64,000 nucleotides of DNA from an uncultured virus (IMG/VR IMGVR_UViG_3300027708_000054) (taxonomy: Duplodnaviria; Heunggongvirae; Uroviricota; Caudoviricetes): IMG/VR virus record IMGVR_UViG_3300027708_000054; one strand, given 5' to 3'. How positions within the stretch are numbered: the first letter of the stretch is position 1; each line of letters opens with the position of its first letter. A program made the position numbers and the translations under genes. Under the pieces are notes generated by a model that was given only the letters and a program-made list of their open reading frames with translations, was not told the origin of the DNA and ran no database searches. Positions 46,213 to 58,700 of the stretch are shown in pieces.

Positions 46213-49200
46213 ATGAAATCACAAATCTTAAAAATTGCTGGTGTTAAATCTGAAAAAGAGTTCTACAAAAAGTATCCTTCAGAAGAAGCATTTATGAAAG
46301 TTCATGGAAAAGCTTTTAAGAAAGCTCAAATGGGTACTCTTGTAGGTGGAGAAACTCCTCATCAATTTGTTCCTAAATCACCTGAATATGTTAACTTCCA
46401 AGATATATATGATAAGAATGAAAAACTAACCACTGGATCAACTCAAGCAGAGAGAGATAAAGCTATGTATGATCAAGCTATGCTTCAAGCTCAACAAACC
46501 AAAAGTGGTAGTGGTAGTGATGCTACTGGTGGTGCAGGTGGTGCAATGGGTGGTGTAGGAGATATCATGAAAATGCTTGGTGGTGGTAGTGGAGGTGCTG
46601 AAGGAGCTGGAGGTGCTGAAGAAATGGCTGCTATGGCTGCTAGAGATGGTATGAGTTTTCCAAGAGCATATAGTGGAATTAATATGAACAATTGGTTTAA
46701 TAATGCAACCACTTCTACACAAAGTACATATCCTCCTAATGCTGGTCAGACATATGGTATTGGTGCTCAGACAATGGGTAAAATGGGAGGAGGACCTGCA
46801 CCTGTAAATCAACCAGGAACACAAGGTAGTTATGGATTTGGAGGAACAAATTATGGAGGACCTCCAGGTGCATATGGACCAAATACAAGTAATCCTAATT
46901 GGATGAATAAAGGTACCAACACTCCACCATATCAAGGAGCTCCTTATGTTTCTGGATATAATGGACATGAAGGAGAAACACCAACAGACAGTGGTTTTAC
47001 TAAAGTAACAAAAGCATTAGGTCCATTAGCTGGACCTCTAACAAGTATTGCTCAAGGTTTTGATGCTTTGAAAGCTGAAAAGAATGCAAAAAAGAATGCT
47101 GAAAGAGATGCTAAAGTTAGTGAAGTTGCTAGAATAGCTTCTGGAACTAGAGAAGAAGAATCTAAAAGAAGATATGTTCGCCCAGAAGATATACAAAATA
47201 CAGGAGAAGAATTCTTTCCTATATATGGTGTTGGTACAAATATACTTTCTAGAAATGGTGGACAATTTCATAGAGCTCAAAATGGTAATTATATAGGAGG
47301 TAATCCTACAGAAATACAAAATACATATAGTAATGGAAATGATATCTATACAGATGGTGGTTATGAACCATTAGAAAATCCTTATCAAATGAAAGACTAT
47401 AGATATGGTGGTTATTTACATCGTGCACAAAATGGATTTCAGAACTGGCAAAACTCTATGAGTGGTGGTGGAAGTGGATTCTCTGGAAGTGGAGATTCAG
47501 GTGGAGGAACTCCTTGGGGAGCTATTGGACATACTGCTACAGGAGTAGGACAAGAAATAGCTGGTGGACAAAATGCTGGTGGAAATATTGGAGCAACTGG
47601 AGGTAAAGCCTTAGGAAGTATATTTGGACCAATAGGTGGAGCAATTGGAGAAGTTGTTGGTGGTGTAGCAGGAAACTTATTAGATACCAATCCAAGAGAT
47701 ATGAAAAAAGCTAATGATAAAACTAAAGCTAATATAAATGTAACATCTCTTAATTCTGCATTTCAAGGATTAGAAGGAGCAAATAATAGATTTGTAAGAA
47801 ACGGTGGTGATATTGCTAGCTATGAAGATGGTGGATATATGAATCCTAATTACAATCCACAATTGATTACAATGTTTGGTGATCACACTGCAGAAGACTT
47901 TGCTGACTATGCACATAAGTATAGAGCTGGTGGACATTTAAAATCATACACTCCTCCAAGTGAAAGAGCTTTAGAAACTTATGCTATGGGTGGACAACTT
48001 CAAACTCATTGGGGTGGAAAAGCTGAAACACTTTCTCATAATCCTTACATGCCAGGATCTGGAGAAACAGTTTTATTTAGAGGACAATCACACAATGAAT
48101 CTGATGGAGAAGGTAATACAGGTATTGGTATTACATATGGAGAAAATCCTGTAGAAGTAGAAAGAGGAGAACCTATGTTTGAAATGGGAGCTGGTGGTGA
48201 AATAGATCCTGCAACAGGAGAAGCAGAAAATACTGGTGTGGTATTTGGTAATATGCAAGTAGATAAAAAAGTGGCATCACAATTAAATGACCCAGACCTT
48301 ATGGAAATAGCAAATAAATATCATGGTAAGAAATTCAAAAACATTGGAATAGAACTTTCCAAACAAGAAGCTAAACAAAATAAAATCATTAATAAAAATT
48401 CTGATTTAATAGATTCATTTAAAGTGGAAACATCTCTTGATAAAGTAAAACTTGCTGGATTACAAGCTATGCTTGAAGGAGCAGATGCTAAACTTAGAAA
48501 CATAGCTAATACTAAAATAACACTAGCTAATTACCAAAATTCAATCAATGATGCTAAAGAAGAACTATCTGATGTTATTGGACAAAACCTTAGTGCAGAA
48601 GATCTTGCTAGAGGATATACTAAACTAGATAAAGATCCTGTAACAAAAGATGCTAAGTGGGGTGGAAATATTGTTAAGAGAGCACAAACTGGAGCTAAGG
48701 TGAAAGCATTTAAATCTGAAAGAGAAGCTGCAAATGCAGGATATTTTAAAGGTGCAGATGGTAAGTATCATAGAACTATTAAAAAGTTCTCTACTGAAGA
48801 TAAAGAAACTAAATCTGCAGATGCTCTTGACCATGTTCCTACAGGACAGAAGTATAATCCTAAAACAGGACTACATGGTAAAGTGACACCAGAGAAGTTT
48901 GTAGAAGCTAAAACAGCTAATGCTTGGTATCCAGGTTGGAGTACATTTAATCCTAAAGTTAAAGCAGATGTATTAGCTTATCAAAAAGCATTTAATGCTA
49001 GAGCTAAAGCAAATGGATCAACAGCACATATAGATGAAGATGGAGCATTTGGAGAACAAACTGTAACTGCAAGAATAGCTGAATCTAAAAAAACAACTCC
49101 TACTCAATCTGAAGAAGAATCAACAGCAGTGGTTAATGAACCAACCACTCCTGCTACACCAGCACAGAAAACTAAGTTTCCTTGGTTACCACTTGCTAAT

Positions 49201-49998
49201 CAAGCATTAAGATATTTTATGCCTACAGATCAAGAAGATTTAGATTATCAACAACTATATCCAGAAATGTATGCTATGGCTAGTAATCAATTAGAACCTG
49301 TTCCTGCACAGAGTTATCAACCAGAACTAATAGTTCCTTATGACATCTCTTTACAAGCACAACGTAATGCTGTAATATCTGGTCAACGAGCTCTTGAAAA
49401 ACAACTTGGATATAATCCAGCTGCTCAAGCTAATGCTGCTCCAGCAGGTTATAATGCAATAAACGAAATAAACGAAAAAGAGTTTATAGCTAACCAAGGA
49501 TTGAAGAATCAAGTTTATAATGCTAACGTTAATACAATGAATGATGCTAAGAAAATAAACTTAGGAATATTTGCTGATCAATGGGCTAAACAATCTCAAG
49601 CTAGATCTAACACTAAAGCTACAACACAAGCTGCTCTTAATTCTATTTCTGATAAATATGCTAAACATAAACTTGAGAATAGAAAACTTAGTATCTATGA
49701 GAACATGTACAACTATAGATTTGGTAAGAGTGGTAGAGCTCAAAACTGGAATGGTTTACAATTCTTTGATACCACTGTAGGTGGAAATGGTTCATCAGAT
49801 AAATCAGGAGGACTTGCTTCAGGTAAAGAATTTACATATGATGCTGCTGGTAATATTGTAGGAGTTAGATCTGCTGATAAAGATACTGTTACAGATGCTG
49901 ATCTTGAAGCAGTGGGAGGAACCAAAAATAAGAATGGAGGATACACCAAAATAAAAAGTAAAAATGGTTCAATACTAAAAGCTTTCAAAAATTTATAA
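46213..49998 (+). CDS. Gly-rich virion cargo/ejection protein
   Basis: 1261 aa; glycine-zipper segments, VEVERGE motif, DGAFGEQT peptidoglycan-binding-like motif, recurring xxxGG motifs. Confidence 0.7.
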   Translation: MKSQILKIAGVKSEKEFYKKYPSEEAFMKVHGKAFKKAQMGTLVGGETPHQFVPKSPEYVNFQDIYDKNEKLTTGSTQAERDKAMYDQAMLQAQQTKSGSGSDATGGAGGAMGGVGDIMKMLGGGSGGAEGAGGAEEMAAMAARDGMSFPRAYSGINMNNWFNNATTSTQSTYPPNAGQTYGIGAQTMGKMGGGPAPVNQPGTQGSYGFGGTNYGGPPGAYGPNTSNPNWMNKGTNTPPYQGAPYVSGYNGHEGETPTDSGFTKVTKALGPLAGPLTSIAQGFDALKAEKNAKKNAERDAKVSEVARIASGTREEESKRRYVRPEDIQNTGEEFFPIYGVGTNILSRNGGQFHRAQNGNYIGGNPTEIQNTYSNGNDIYTDGGYEPLENPYQMKDYRYGGYLHRAQNGFQNWQNSMSGGGSGFSGSGDSGGGTPWGAIGHTATGVGQEIAGGQNAGGNIGATGGKALGSIFGPIGGAIGEVVGGVAGNLLDTNPRDMKKANDKTKANINVTSLNSAFQGLEGANNRFVRNGGDIASYEDGGYMNPNYNPQLITMFGDHTAEDFADYAHKYRAGGHLKSYTPPSERALETYAMGGQLQTHWGGKAETLSHNPYMPGSGETVLFRGQSHNESDGEGNTGIGITYGENPVEVERGEPMFEMGAGGEIDPATGEAENTGVVFGNMQVDKKVASQLNDPDLMEIANKYHGKKFKNIGIELSKQEAKQNKIINKNSDLIDSFKVETSLDKVKLAGLQAMLEGADAKLRNIANTKITLANYQNSINDAKEELSDVIGQNLSAEDLARGYTKLDKDPVTKDAKWGGNIVKRAQTGAKVKAFKSEREAANAGYFKGADGKYHRTIKKFSTEDKETKSADALDHVPTGQKYNPKTGLHGKVTPEKFVEAKTANAWYPGWSTFNPKVKADVLAYQKAFNARAKANGSTAHIDEDGAFGEQTVTARIAESKKTTPTQSEEESTAVVNEPTTPATPAQKTKFPWLPLANQALRYFMPTDQEDLDYQQLYPEMYAMASNQLEPVPAQSYQPELIVPYDISLQAQRNAVISGQRALEKQLGYNPAAQANAAPAGYNAINEINEKEFIANQGLKNQVYNANVNTMNDAKKINLGIFADQWAKQSQARSNTKATTQAALNSISDKYAKHKLENRKLSIYENMYNYRFGKSGRAQNWNGLQFFDTTVGGNGSSDKSGGLASGKEFTYDAAGNIVGVRSADKDTVTDADLEAVGGTKNKNGGYTKIKSKNGSILKAFKNL

Positions 49999-50072
49999 CT
50001 AATTTAATTATAAAGAATTAACATATATCGTTATACACTATTGTATAATCTAATAATTCATATTATATTTGC
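49996..50072 (+). promoter_or_regulatory. palindrome plus Bacteroidota-type promoter for the cargo/RNAP operon
   Basis: TAACTAA-T-TTAATTA at 49996-50010; TATATTTG at ~50064-50071 with TTG about 20 nt upstream. Confidence 0.5.
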
Positions 50073-50086
50073 TTAATTAACTCGCT

Positions 50087-52786
50087 ATGGCATCATATAC
50101 AGATAAAATCCCAACTTTTAATCCTTACGTAGAGCAGCAACCTGTGGATGCAATGCTTAAGGTGGGTGTGTACAAACAACAAAAGTACGAAGAGGGTGTA
50201 AAGAAAATCCAAACTACAATAGATAATGTTGCAGGATTAGATATTGCTAATCCTGTTCAACAGAAATATCTACAATCTAAACTTAACTCTTTAGGTAATA
50301 ACTTAACATTCTTAGCTGCTGGAGATTTCTCTGATTTCTCATTAGTTAATTCTGTTAATGGTATGACTAAACAGATAACTAAAGATGAGGATGTTTTGAA
50401 TGCTGTTAGTTCTACAGCTAAACTTAGAGCAGGATATAAAAGAAAAGCTGAGTTAGCAAAGAAAGGACTTACAGATAAAAACAATGATGACTACTATGAT
50501 ATGCATGCTTCAGATTATGTTAATAGTAAAGATTTAAAAGCTAGTTTTAATTCTGACTATGTTCCTTATACAAATATTGTTAAGAAGTTACAACAAGCTC
50601 TTGTAGGTGCAGGAGAAAGTACCACTATAGCAGAACAATTATTTGTTACAGGTGCTGATGGAAAACCATTAGTTGATGAAACAGGTCATTACAAATATGC
50701 TGATGTTAAAACTATCAACAAGCTTGTTACAAACAAACCTGCTGTATTAGCTGCTATAGCTAATGTAATGAATGAAGGAGATGTAAAACAACAACTTGGA
50801 ATTGATGGTTGGGCTACATATAGAAATACAGAAGCTACAGATTTATTAGAACCTTTAAAGGTTGAGTATGATAATGAAAGAATTAGATTACAACAACAAT
50901 CAGTAGAAATTGGTGCTATGTTAAATGGTACAAATCTATCTCCTGAACAAAAAGAAATGTATACTAATGCGGCTGCTGAGAATGAAGCTGCTCTATTAAA
51001 GAATGATAATACATTCCTATCGTTATCTAAAGAAGCAGAAGAAAATCCAGAATCATTTAAACAAAGTTATTACACTCAAGAAACTAAACAACGTTTATTA
51101 AATCAATTCCTTAAAGAAGAAGATTCAAAAACTACAGGTGTTAATGAAGGATTGCAACAACAAAACTGGAGAGATGATATGGCATTTAAAAAAGCACAAG
51201 AAAGAAATAAGGTGGCTCTTGAAAATGCAAACTTAGCTATTAATCAATCTAAGAATCAATTAGAATGGTTGAAGTTTAGTTCAGACTATGAATTAGATCC
51301 TGTTACAGGACATTATAATAAAAAACCTGAACCAGGCAAAGGTACAGGTAAACCAGGTGCTGGTGGAACATATAATGCAAATCAACCAATATTCCAAGCT
51401 AGTACTCCTGGAGATAAAGTGAATCCTTATAATATTATTCAAACAGATATAACTAAATTAACTGAAGATAAAGGTGTTCAAGCAATTTCAATATATACTG
51501 ATTTTATTAGATCAACTAATAATGATCCTAGTCTTTCTGATGAAACTATTTTAGCCACTGCTAAAAAATATGCAAAAGCAAAAGGTATAACTATTGAAGC
51601 ATATTTAGATAGATTTGCATCGAACATTAAAAATAAATATGATGAGGAAGGAATAATGCCTCCACCTAATATAGATGATGAGCTTAATAATTATATTAAT
51701 ACTTCCACTACACTAAACAATAAAGTACGTTTAGTTGAACAATCTAGAAAATCAGCTAAAAAAGAAGCTGGTGTTGAATCAAAATTAAATGAAATATTAG
51801 CAGGTCATACTACATTAAACTTTAATATTCAGAATGAAAAGTTTACCATCACTCCTGAAGATATGATGACTATGGAAAAGAGTGGATGGATAAATCGATT
51901 AGCTCTTGGGTTTAGTAATCAAGCTCCAGAAAGACTTTTAATAGATGATGATAAATTAACTGATTCTCAAAATAGATTTCTTTCCAATTGGTATAAAATG
52001 TCTCCTCAAATGAGAACTCAAATACTACGTGAATCTGATAGTTATAAAGGTAAACAATCACAATATTATAATGCATTAGATAAATCTGAAAAACTATTTA
52101 ATGACAAACTAGCTAAAGTGGTTGGTGTTTCAGATGCTGTTTCAGGAACTTTACCTTTTGGTGATTCTGATCAGAAAAATGCTAGTATAGGTAAAGTGGC
52201 TGCATATATAAATGGTGGAGAAAGAAACTATGAATCAGGAGTAGATAAAACTACAATAATAAAAGCTTTAGATAATCCAACAGCTATATCTTGGAAAGGT
52301 AAAAAACCTACTAATTCTAGAGAAGACTGGATGGGTGAAATAATAGTTACTGGTAAAGATGGATCTTACACTATAACTAATGTAAACCATAAAGACTTAG
52401 AAACTTTTTCAGATGCTACATTCACACAATATAAAGAACAACCTATTCAGGATGCACTTAATATGAATGATAAAACCAAGTCTACAAATCCTGTATATAT
52501 GGTTAACTCACCTGATGCTTGGCGAACTGCTATGTATAAAGGTACTAACATTAATCCAGAAGTAACTAAAGCAGGTTGGAGTTATCGTGCTGATGTTATA
52601 AAATCAGGTGGAGGATATAGACTTGTTAATTATGTTAGACCTCCAGGAGCAAAAGGATACACCACTATATATGGTGCTGCAATTGCAACTGACGAACAGA
52701 TTATAGATAATACATATAAAACAACAACACCAGCAGAGCTAAGTGCTATGTACTTAAATTATCTACATAACCAAACAAAACAATAA
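50087..52786 (+). CDS. virion ejection/cargo protein upstream of RNAP
   Basis: 899 aa helical protein in the position of crAss-like RNAP-associated cargo genes. Confidence 0.7.
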   Translation: MASYTDKIPTFNPYVEQQPVDAMLKVGVYKQQKYEEGVKKIQTTIDNVAGLDIANPVQQKYLQSKLNSLGNNLTFLAAGDFSDFSLVNSVNGMTKQITKDEDVLNAVSSTAKLRAGYKRKAELAKKGLTDKNNDDYYDMHASDYVNSKDLKASFNSDYVPYTNIVKKLQQALVGAGESTTIAEQLFVTGADGKPLVDETGHYKYADVKTINKLVTNKPAVLAAIANVMNEGDVKQQLGIDGWATYRNTEATDLLEPLKVEYDNERIRLQQQSVEIGAMLNGTNLSPEQKEMYTNAAAENEAALLKNDNTFLSLSKEAEENPESFKQSYYTQETKQRLLNQFLKEEDSKTTGVNEGLQQQNWRDDMAFKKAQERNKVALENANLAINQSKNQLEWLKFSSDYELDPVTGHYNKKPEPGKGTGKPGAGGTYNANQPIFQASTPGDKVNPYNIIQTDITKLTEDKGVQAISIYTDFIRSTNNDPSLSDETILATAKKYAKAKGITIEAYLDRFASNIKNKYDEEGIMPPPNIDDELNNYINTSTTLNNKVRLVEQSRKSAKKEAGVESKLNEILAGHTTLNFNIQNEKFTITPEDMMTMEKSGWINRLALGFSNQAPERLLIDDDKLTDSQNRFLSNWYKMSPQMRTQILRESDSYKGKQSQYYNALDKSEKLFNDKLAKVVGVSDAVSGTLPFGDSDQKNASIGKVAAYINGGERNYESGVDKTTIIKALDNPTAISWKGKKPTNSREDWMGEIIVTGKDGSYTITNVNHKDLETFSDATFTQYKEQPIQDALNMNDKTKSTNPVYMVNSPDAWRTAMYKGTNINPEVTKAGWSYRADVIKSGGGYRLVNYVRPPGAKGYTTIYGAAIATDEQIIDNTYKTTTPAELSAMYLNYLHNQTKQ

Positions 52787-52792
52787 TAGATT

Positions 52793-55700
52793 ATGCCAGA
52801 TCCAACAAATCCAAATCTATACGGACAACCTTATACAAGAGGTCCTTTAAATCCTAATATTGGTTCAATTACTACCACTCCTTTAACTACAGGGTTTCCT
52901 GGATTAAGAACAGGAAAACCTCTATCTCAGGATGATAGAATTAATCTTCAGAATAGTCAATTAAATCCTAATGAAGTTAGACCAGGTAAAACCTATTTAG
53001 CTGATGTTGCAGGAGATTTAACTGGTAGATATGATACAGTTATATATGGAGCTAATAATGAAGATGCTTGGGGAGCACAACAATCTGTTTTATCAAAAGC
53101 TGTAAATGGTATATTAAAAGGTACTAATCTTGCAGCCACAACTGTTGTTGGTGGATTTGCTACAATGGGTGGTGCTATATCATCTTTGTTCACAGGAAGA
53201 CTTGCAGATATATGGGATAACCCTGTTATGCAAGGAATTGATAAATGGAATGAAAAGGTGGATCAAGAATACCTACCTAACTATTATACAGATCAAGAAA
53301 AGAATGCTGATTGGTATTCTTCTGATAACTGGTTTACAGCAAACTTCTTATTTGATAAAGCAATTAAAAACTCAGGATTTGCTGTAGGTGCTATTATTTC
53401 TGGTAACATGGCATCTGGTGCATTAGGTGCTGCAGGTACTGCTATTGGTGAAGGTGCTGCTACTTTAGAAGCATCTCAAACATTCAAAGCATTTTCTCCA
53501 TTATTAAAAAACACTGCAAGAGCTTTCTCTGCAGGTAAGAATGCTGAAGCTGCTGCATTGCTAGAAGGAGAGATTTCATCTATTGCTGATATTACACAAA
53601 GAACATCTAAGATGGCTGAGATTGCACAGCAAACAAATCAGTTCAATAAGATAAATGATATTGGTAAAAGATTTGGTATAGCTGCATACTCACAAGCTGG
53701 TGAATCTGCATTTGAAGGATTACAAACTTCTAATGAATTTAGAAAACAATTAATTGATCAATATACAAGAGGTAACTTTGGTGTAGCACCAAATGAAGAA
53801 GAGTTAAAGAAAATAGATCAAACAACAGCTAAAGTGGGGAAAGCATCTTTCCTTGCTAATATGGCTTTATTAACAGCTACAGAATATGTACAGCTTCCTA
53901 AGTTATTAGGAAGTACATATGCTTCTGAAAAACAAGCTGCAAATAGCTTAGCTGGAATGGCTGGTGATGTTGTATTAAAAGATGGTAAGTATGTTGCTAA
54001 AGAAGCAGCTACAACCAAATTTGGTAAACTATATAATAAAGTTAAAGGAGTAGGTAAGTATGTATTTGATCCTAAAGAGATGGGTCAAGAGATTGGTCAG
54101 TATGCTGTACAGATAGGAACACAAAACTATTATAATAAAGCATACCAAGGAAAGGATGCTAATTTATTAGTTGATGGTGTTTTATTTGGTTTATATGGAA
54201 CAGATCAATCTGGTAAAGGAATAGGAGCATTGAATTCTAAAGAAGGAATTGAAGGTGGTATTATTGGAGGTCTTACTGGAGGAATTATGCAAGCTAGAGG
54301 AAACTATATGATGGGTAAAGCTGTTAAGACTAACACTGCAACTTTCTTAAATGAACTTAATAATGCACCTACATACAAACAAGCTTTTCAATATAAATTA
54401 GATGCTGTAAATAGAGGTGTTGTGTTGCAAGAACAACAACAAGATGCTATTGAACAAGGTGATAAATTAGAAGCAAAAGATCTTAATGCTGATATGATGC
54501 ATAACTATCTAGCACCACGTATTAAGTATGGTAGAATGGATATGGTTATGGATGACATCAAAGAGATGAAAAAAGATTCTATGACACCTGAAGGAATGGC
54601 ATCTCTTAAACAAGCAGGTCTTGCTAATGTTAATGATACAGCTGAATCATTTGGTAACAGACTTTCATATTTTGAACAAACAGCTAAGAATACAGAACAA
54701 ATATATAAGTCTACAAATCTTAGATACTCTGGAGAGATATTAAAAGATGAAGAAGGTGAACCTATATTAAATGATAAAGGACAACAACAAAGAAAATACT
54801 CAGATACAGCAATTGAACAAATGGTTTATGCTGCTAGTAAAGTGGCAGACTATGATGTGCGTATTCCTCAAGTATCTGCTCTTCCTGTAAGTAATGGAAT
54901 TGATGTACAATCTGTTATTAATGAAGAGTTAACTAATCCAGAATCTACAGCTCTTGCTGATAAATTATCTGAGCTTGATGCTAATCCACAAATTAATACA
55001 GAAGAAATTAAACAAGATTTAACTGATTCTGTTGAGTTAGCAATGCGAAGAAAAGAATATCTTAAAGACTATAATGATATTATAAATAATCCAAGTAAGT
55101 ATATTCAACAAAGAGAAGAGTTTCAAACTCCTGAAGATACAGGAGAAACTAAAGAAAAAATCTCTATTAAGACTAAGAGAGGACCTAGAGATATTGAAAT
55201 AGGTACTGAATACTTTTTAGGAAAAGTGGTTGATCTTGATGAGAAAGGACATGAAGTATATCGTGCTCCTAGAATGGTTGTATTAGGTAAGAATGAAGAT
55301 GGTACAATCAAAGTGCAAGATTCTGATGGTGTTATCCATGATTTAAAAGAATCTACATTAGAGAGATACAATCTTGGAAAGGTTGATTCTACATTGAAAA
55401 ACAAAAAAGCCAAGTTCTATATGGAACATTGGAACATGGTGTATGAATTCAACTTTGGTAAAGATAAAGGAGGTAAACAAAAAGGTAGAATAGAATATGA
55501 TCCTGAAACAGATCAAATGCTCTTCAAGTATAAAAATAAAAAAGGAGAGATTAAAGAAATTGAAGTTACAGGAGATCAGTTTAAATTAACTGAAGCAAAT
55601 AAAAAGAAAGGTTTTACACAACCTATGATTACAGAAGTTGGAGAATTAACTGCAGTTCAACAAAAAGCAAAAGATGAATACACTGCTCAAGAAGACCCAC

Positions 55701-58700
55701 GTTTAAAATCTAAACTTGAAGCACGTCTTGCTATATTGAATGAACTTTTTGATGACTTATCTAAGTCACAAGATCAATCTAGAAAAGCTCTTGAACAAAA
55801 ACAAAAAGCTCTTGAGAATATAAACAAAGAACTTGAAGCATTAAAAAAACAAATAGAAGAAAATGCTAAAGTTGATAATAGATTTAAGAAAGGAATAAAA
55901 TTTAACACTGTAACTAAAAAAGCATTAGAAAATGCTATGAGGTTATCTAGAATGCAAGATCAATTAGAGAATGAGATTAAAACTCTTGAGTCTGATCTTG
56001 ATGATATAGATTTTAATATAAATTATATTTCTAATCTTGTTGATAATATAGATACCACTGCTACTAATTTTTATGATTTTAAAAATGACTTAGAAGATGA
56101 TCTTCTTAATTTAGAAGTGTTGAGAGAACAAACAGCTAAACAAATTAGTATTGTTTCTAAATTACTTAGTCAAGCACAGAAAGCTTTTGATTTTATTATA
56201 AATATGCTTTCAGATTTTATTCAAAAATTTGAAAGTAAGTATCCTGATGTTCCTAGATTAATGGGACAAGACTGGGTTGATTTCTTAAAAAATAATCCAA
56301 ATTTCTTAAAGTTAAAACCTAATTATAGAAGTGAGCTTGATGATTTAAATGACTTAATAGCGTTTCATGAAGATGGAGATATAACTCCTAGTGAAAAACG
56401 TATAGAAGATTTGAAAGATCATCTTGATATTATGCAAGAAGAATTTAAAAATCTAAGTAGAGAAATTGAAGCTAAGTCTCTTGTATTAGATAAGTTTTCT
56501 GCTATTGCTGAACAATATAAAAAGCAAGAAGCAGAAGCTAAACAAATGGAACGTAATGTAAAATTAGGGCAAGAACTTCTTGGTACATTAACAGGAAGTG
56601 TACAAAACTTTTTTGGTACAAAACCATATGAGCAAGAAGCTAAGAAAGATAAACTTGCTGTTGTAGGAGGTACTAAACCATTTACAGAAGATACAGAAGA
56701 GAGACCTCTTCCAGGATATGCTGCAAGAGTTAATCACTTTGGAGCTAGAGTGTCTAGTATGGATAATGCAGATGATTTAAGAGGAACTATTGTAACAGCT
56801 AATACAGAAGATCAAATACTTATTGGATTAACAGATAACTTCTTAAATGAAGATTCTAAGCCACTTAGTCCTGCAAGAAGAGAAGAGATTAGAAAAGAAG
56901 TTATATTCTTAGTTGTAACAGAGAATGGACAACTAGTAGATAAGAATGGAAAACTTATTCCTGGAAAATCTACTGAAGAAACACAAGAAGCTTATAACAA
57001 AAGACTTTATAATAATGCAATCTTTCAAGTGTTTCCTTCTGCTAGTTTAACTTCTAAAGGAAAAGATGGTAAAGTTGGTTCTATGTTTAGAGACACTGTT
57101 CCTCAATATGAAAGAGATTCTCTTAAAGAACAATACAAAGCATGGAGAGATGCACAACTAGCTAATACAAAATTAGATAAGAAAGGACAAAAGTTTAAGA
57201 CCTCTTTTGGTAATTTAGAATTTGTTAAGGTGTGGGATGATGCAAAGAAAGAATTTGTTAATGATACTGCTACAAGAACTTCTGCACAAGATGCTGGATT
57301 ATTAGATAAAGGTATTCTTAATAGAGATTCAGTTATCACTGTTGCTACAACTAATGATGATAAGTCTGAAGGAAATGTTTCTTTTAAATCTCCTAAAGGT
57401 AGAGTGTTCTTACGTATACCAGGACAAGGACTTGTTAGATTATTTAATAAGAAGTTTAGTAAAACAGAATCAGAAACTATTTTTGATGCTATGTTAAACT
57501 TAGCTAAAAATGCTTCTGAAAATGGATCATTATATGGTAATGATAAAGAAGATGTTAATAAGAATATTTTAAACTGGTTAAAGAGTGTTGTATATTGGGG
57601 TATTGCAAAAGATAAAGAAGGAAAGAGAAAACCTGCTGGATATAACAATATTTGGTTTGATAATGTATTAGTAGATGGTAAACCAGTTAAGAAGTTATTC
57701 ATGTCTGGTCTTCAAAAAGATTCTCAAAGTTATTTTGATTTTACTCCTCAAGGTTTAATTAATAGTAAACAAGATATTCTTGGATTGCTAGAGCAAATGT
57801 ATGCTAATACAGATGCTAAAAAAGTAAACATTGATAATTACAATGCTCCTTATGATGAGATATTAAGATTTGATAACTTAGGTAACCCTGTTACAAGAAC
57901 ATGGCCTAATTACCAAACATATTTATTATCATCAAACATTGTAGATAAAGATGGAAATATTACAGGTAAGAGAACAGGAAAAGAAATTCCTCTTACTACA
58001 CAAGTAAGACCTTTAACATCTGCAGAAGATACAAATAGAAAAGGTGTTTATTTTACATTAAATAGTTCAGTGGAATATAATGTACCTGCAGCACCTGTAG
58101 CAGCTCCTGCAATGGTTGTACCAGCACCTGTTGCCACTGCACAAGCCCCTGTAGCTACACCAGTTGTTAAACAGCAACAACCTACCACTCCTGGTAAATA
58201 TGATTTAAATGGAACAACAGAAAACAAAATTGTTATAGGTGGAAAACCAGATGGTAAAGGTGGCATCACTCCTATATATAATATAAACTTTACATTTGAT
58301 ATTAGTAAAATATCAGAGTTTTTAAAAGGACTTACAGATTTCACTAGTCTATATGAAAATGGTGGATTGACTAAAGAATTTTTAAATGTTCTTAAAGATA
58401 ATAAAGTAGTAACATATATTGATGTAGCAGATAATACTAATGGTATTTCAGCTTTTGTATCAGCAGTAGGTGAAAATATAGCAGAAGCAGTTTCTTTAAA
58501 TAAAATATTTGAAGCTGTTGCTCCACAAGTAGTGGCAGAAATGATTCCTGTTCAACCAGCAATAGCTGATGAAGCTCCTCAGGCTCCAGCTCCTACAGCT
58601 GCTACATTTACTCCAACAACACCTTATGGCACACCTACAGGACCAGAGTTAACAACTGCTTCTACCTCTGATATAGAAGCTAAGAAAGCTGAAGCTGATA

